Part shown: positions 63,988-64,000 of the stretch, piece after piece
Layout: each line of letters starts with the position of its first letter
Numbering within the stretch: the stretch's first letter is position 1
Virus record (IMG/VR): IMGVR_UViG_3300049172_000068
Span: 7,387-71,386 of that record
Length of the DNA: 64,000 nucleotides
Reading direction: 5' to 3' (one strand)
Source of the DNA: a virus
Taxonomy: Duplodnaviria > Caudoviricetes
Notes under the pieces: generated by a model
The model's database searches: none
What the model was told of the DNA's origin: nothing
What the model saw: the letters and a program-made list of their open reading frames with translations, nothing else
Position numbers and translations under genes: made by a program

Positions 63988-64000
63988 ACGTGGGCGAGTG
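63547..64000 (+). repeat. Direct repeat of 1029-1482
   Basis: About 19 mismatches in 454 nt counted by hand, about 11 of them in the first 60 nt. Confidence 0.9.

Larger units (their letters stand above)
9460..64000. mobile_element. Prophage B, temperate siphovirus, near complete (right end outside window)
   Basis: int, repressor/cro/xis, recombination and replication genes, HNH, terS/terL, portal, scaffold, capsid, tail tube, chaperone frameshift, 1510-aa tape measure, endolysin and holin in canonical order. Confidence 0.93.

Noticed and set aside
1-64000. Single circularly permuted phage genome with terminal redundancy
   Set aside because: The repeated 454 bp differ at about 19 positions and the upstream holins and lysins are unrelated, so these are two different cassettes.

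Overview
High-GC actinobacterial DNA (Streptomyces-like gene content) that is phage-derived from end to end. Best reading: two related siphovirus prophages in tandem. About 1-9450 is the right end of prophage A: end of the lysis cassette, then an accessory tail with a Cre-like recombinase, Ku, a LexA-DBD-only protein, an RHH switch and two GntR regulators. About 9420-9730 looks like an attP-type junction with TGGGAGA arm repeats on both sides. About 9660-64000 is an almost complete prophage B: tyrosine integrase, repressor/Cro/Xis switch, early recombination and replication genes, packaging, head, tail and lysis. Its last 454 bp repeat 1029-1482 at about 96% identity. The most unusual part is a ~9 kb cassette between the early and late genes of prophage B that resembles the transfer module of actinomycete integrative conjugative elements: two Nudix genes, Spd-like membrane genes, a TraB/FtsK translocase and a clt-like repeat, with no Rep or integrase of its own. 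This suggests a prophage that may also spread by conjugation. Other oddities are a GT4 glycosyltransferase coupled to the major capsid gene (plus a nearby methyltransferase), a streptococcal HylP-like fibre gene in a structural module placed before the terminase, and an antisense DUF4429-like moron. All family assignments are by eye from motifs and recalled sequences; no database searches were run.
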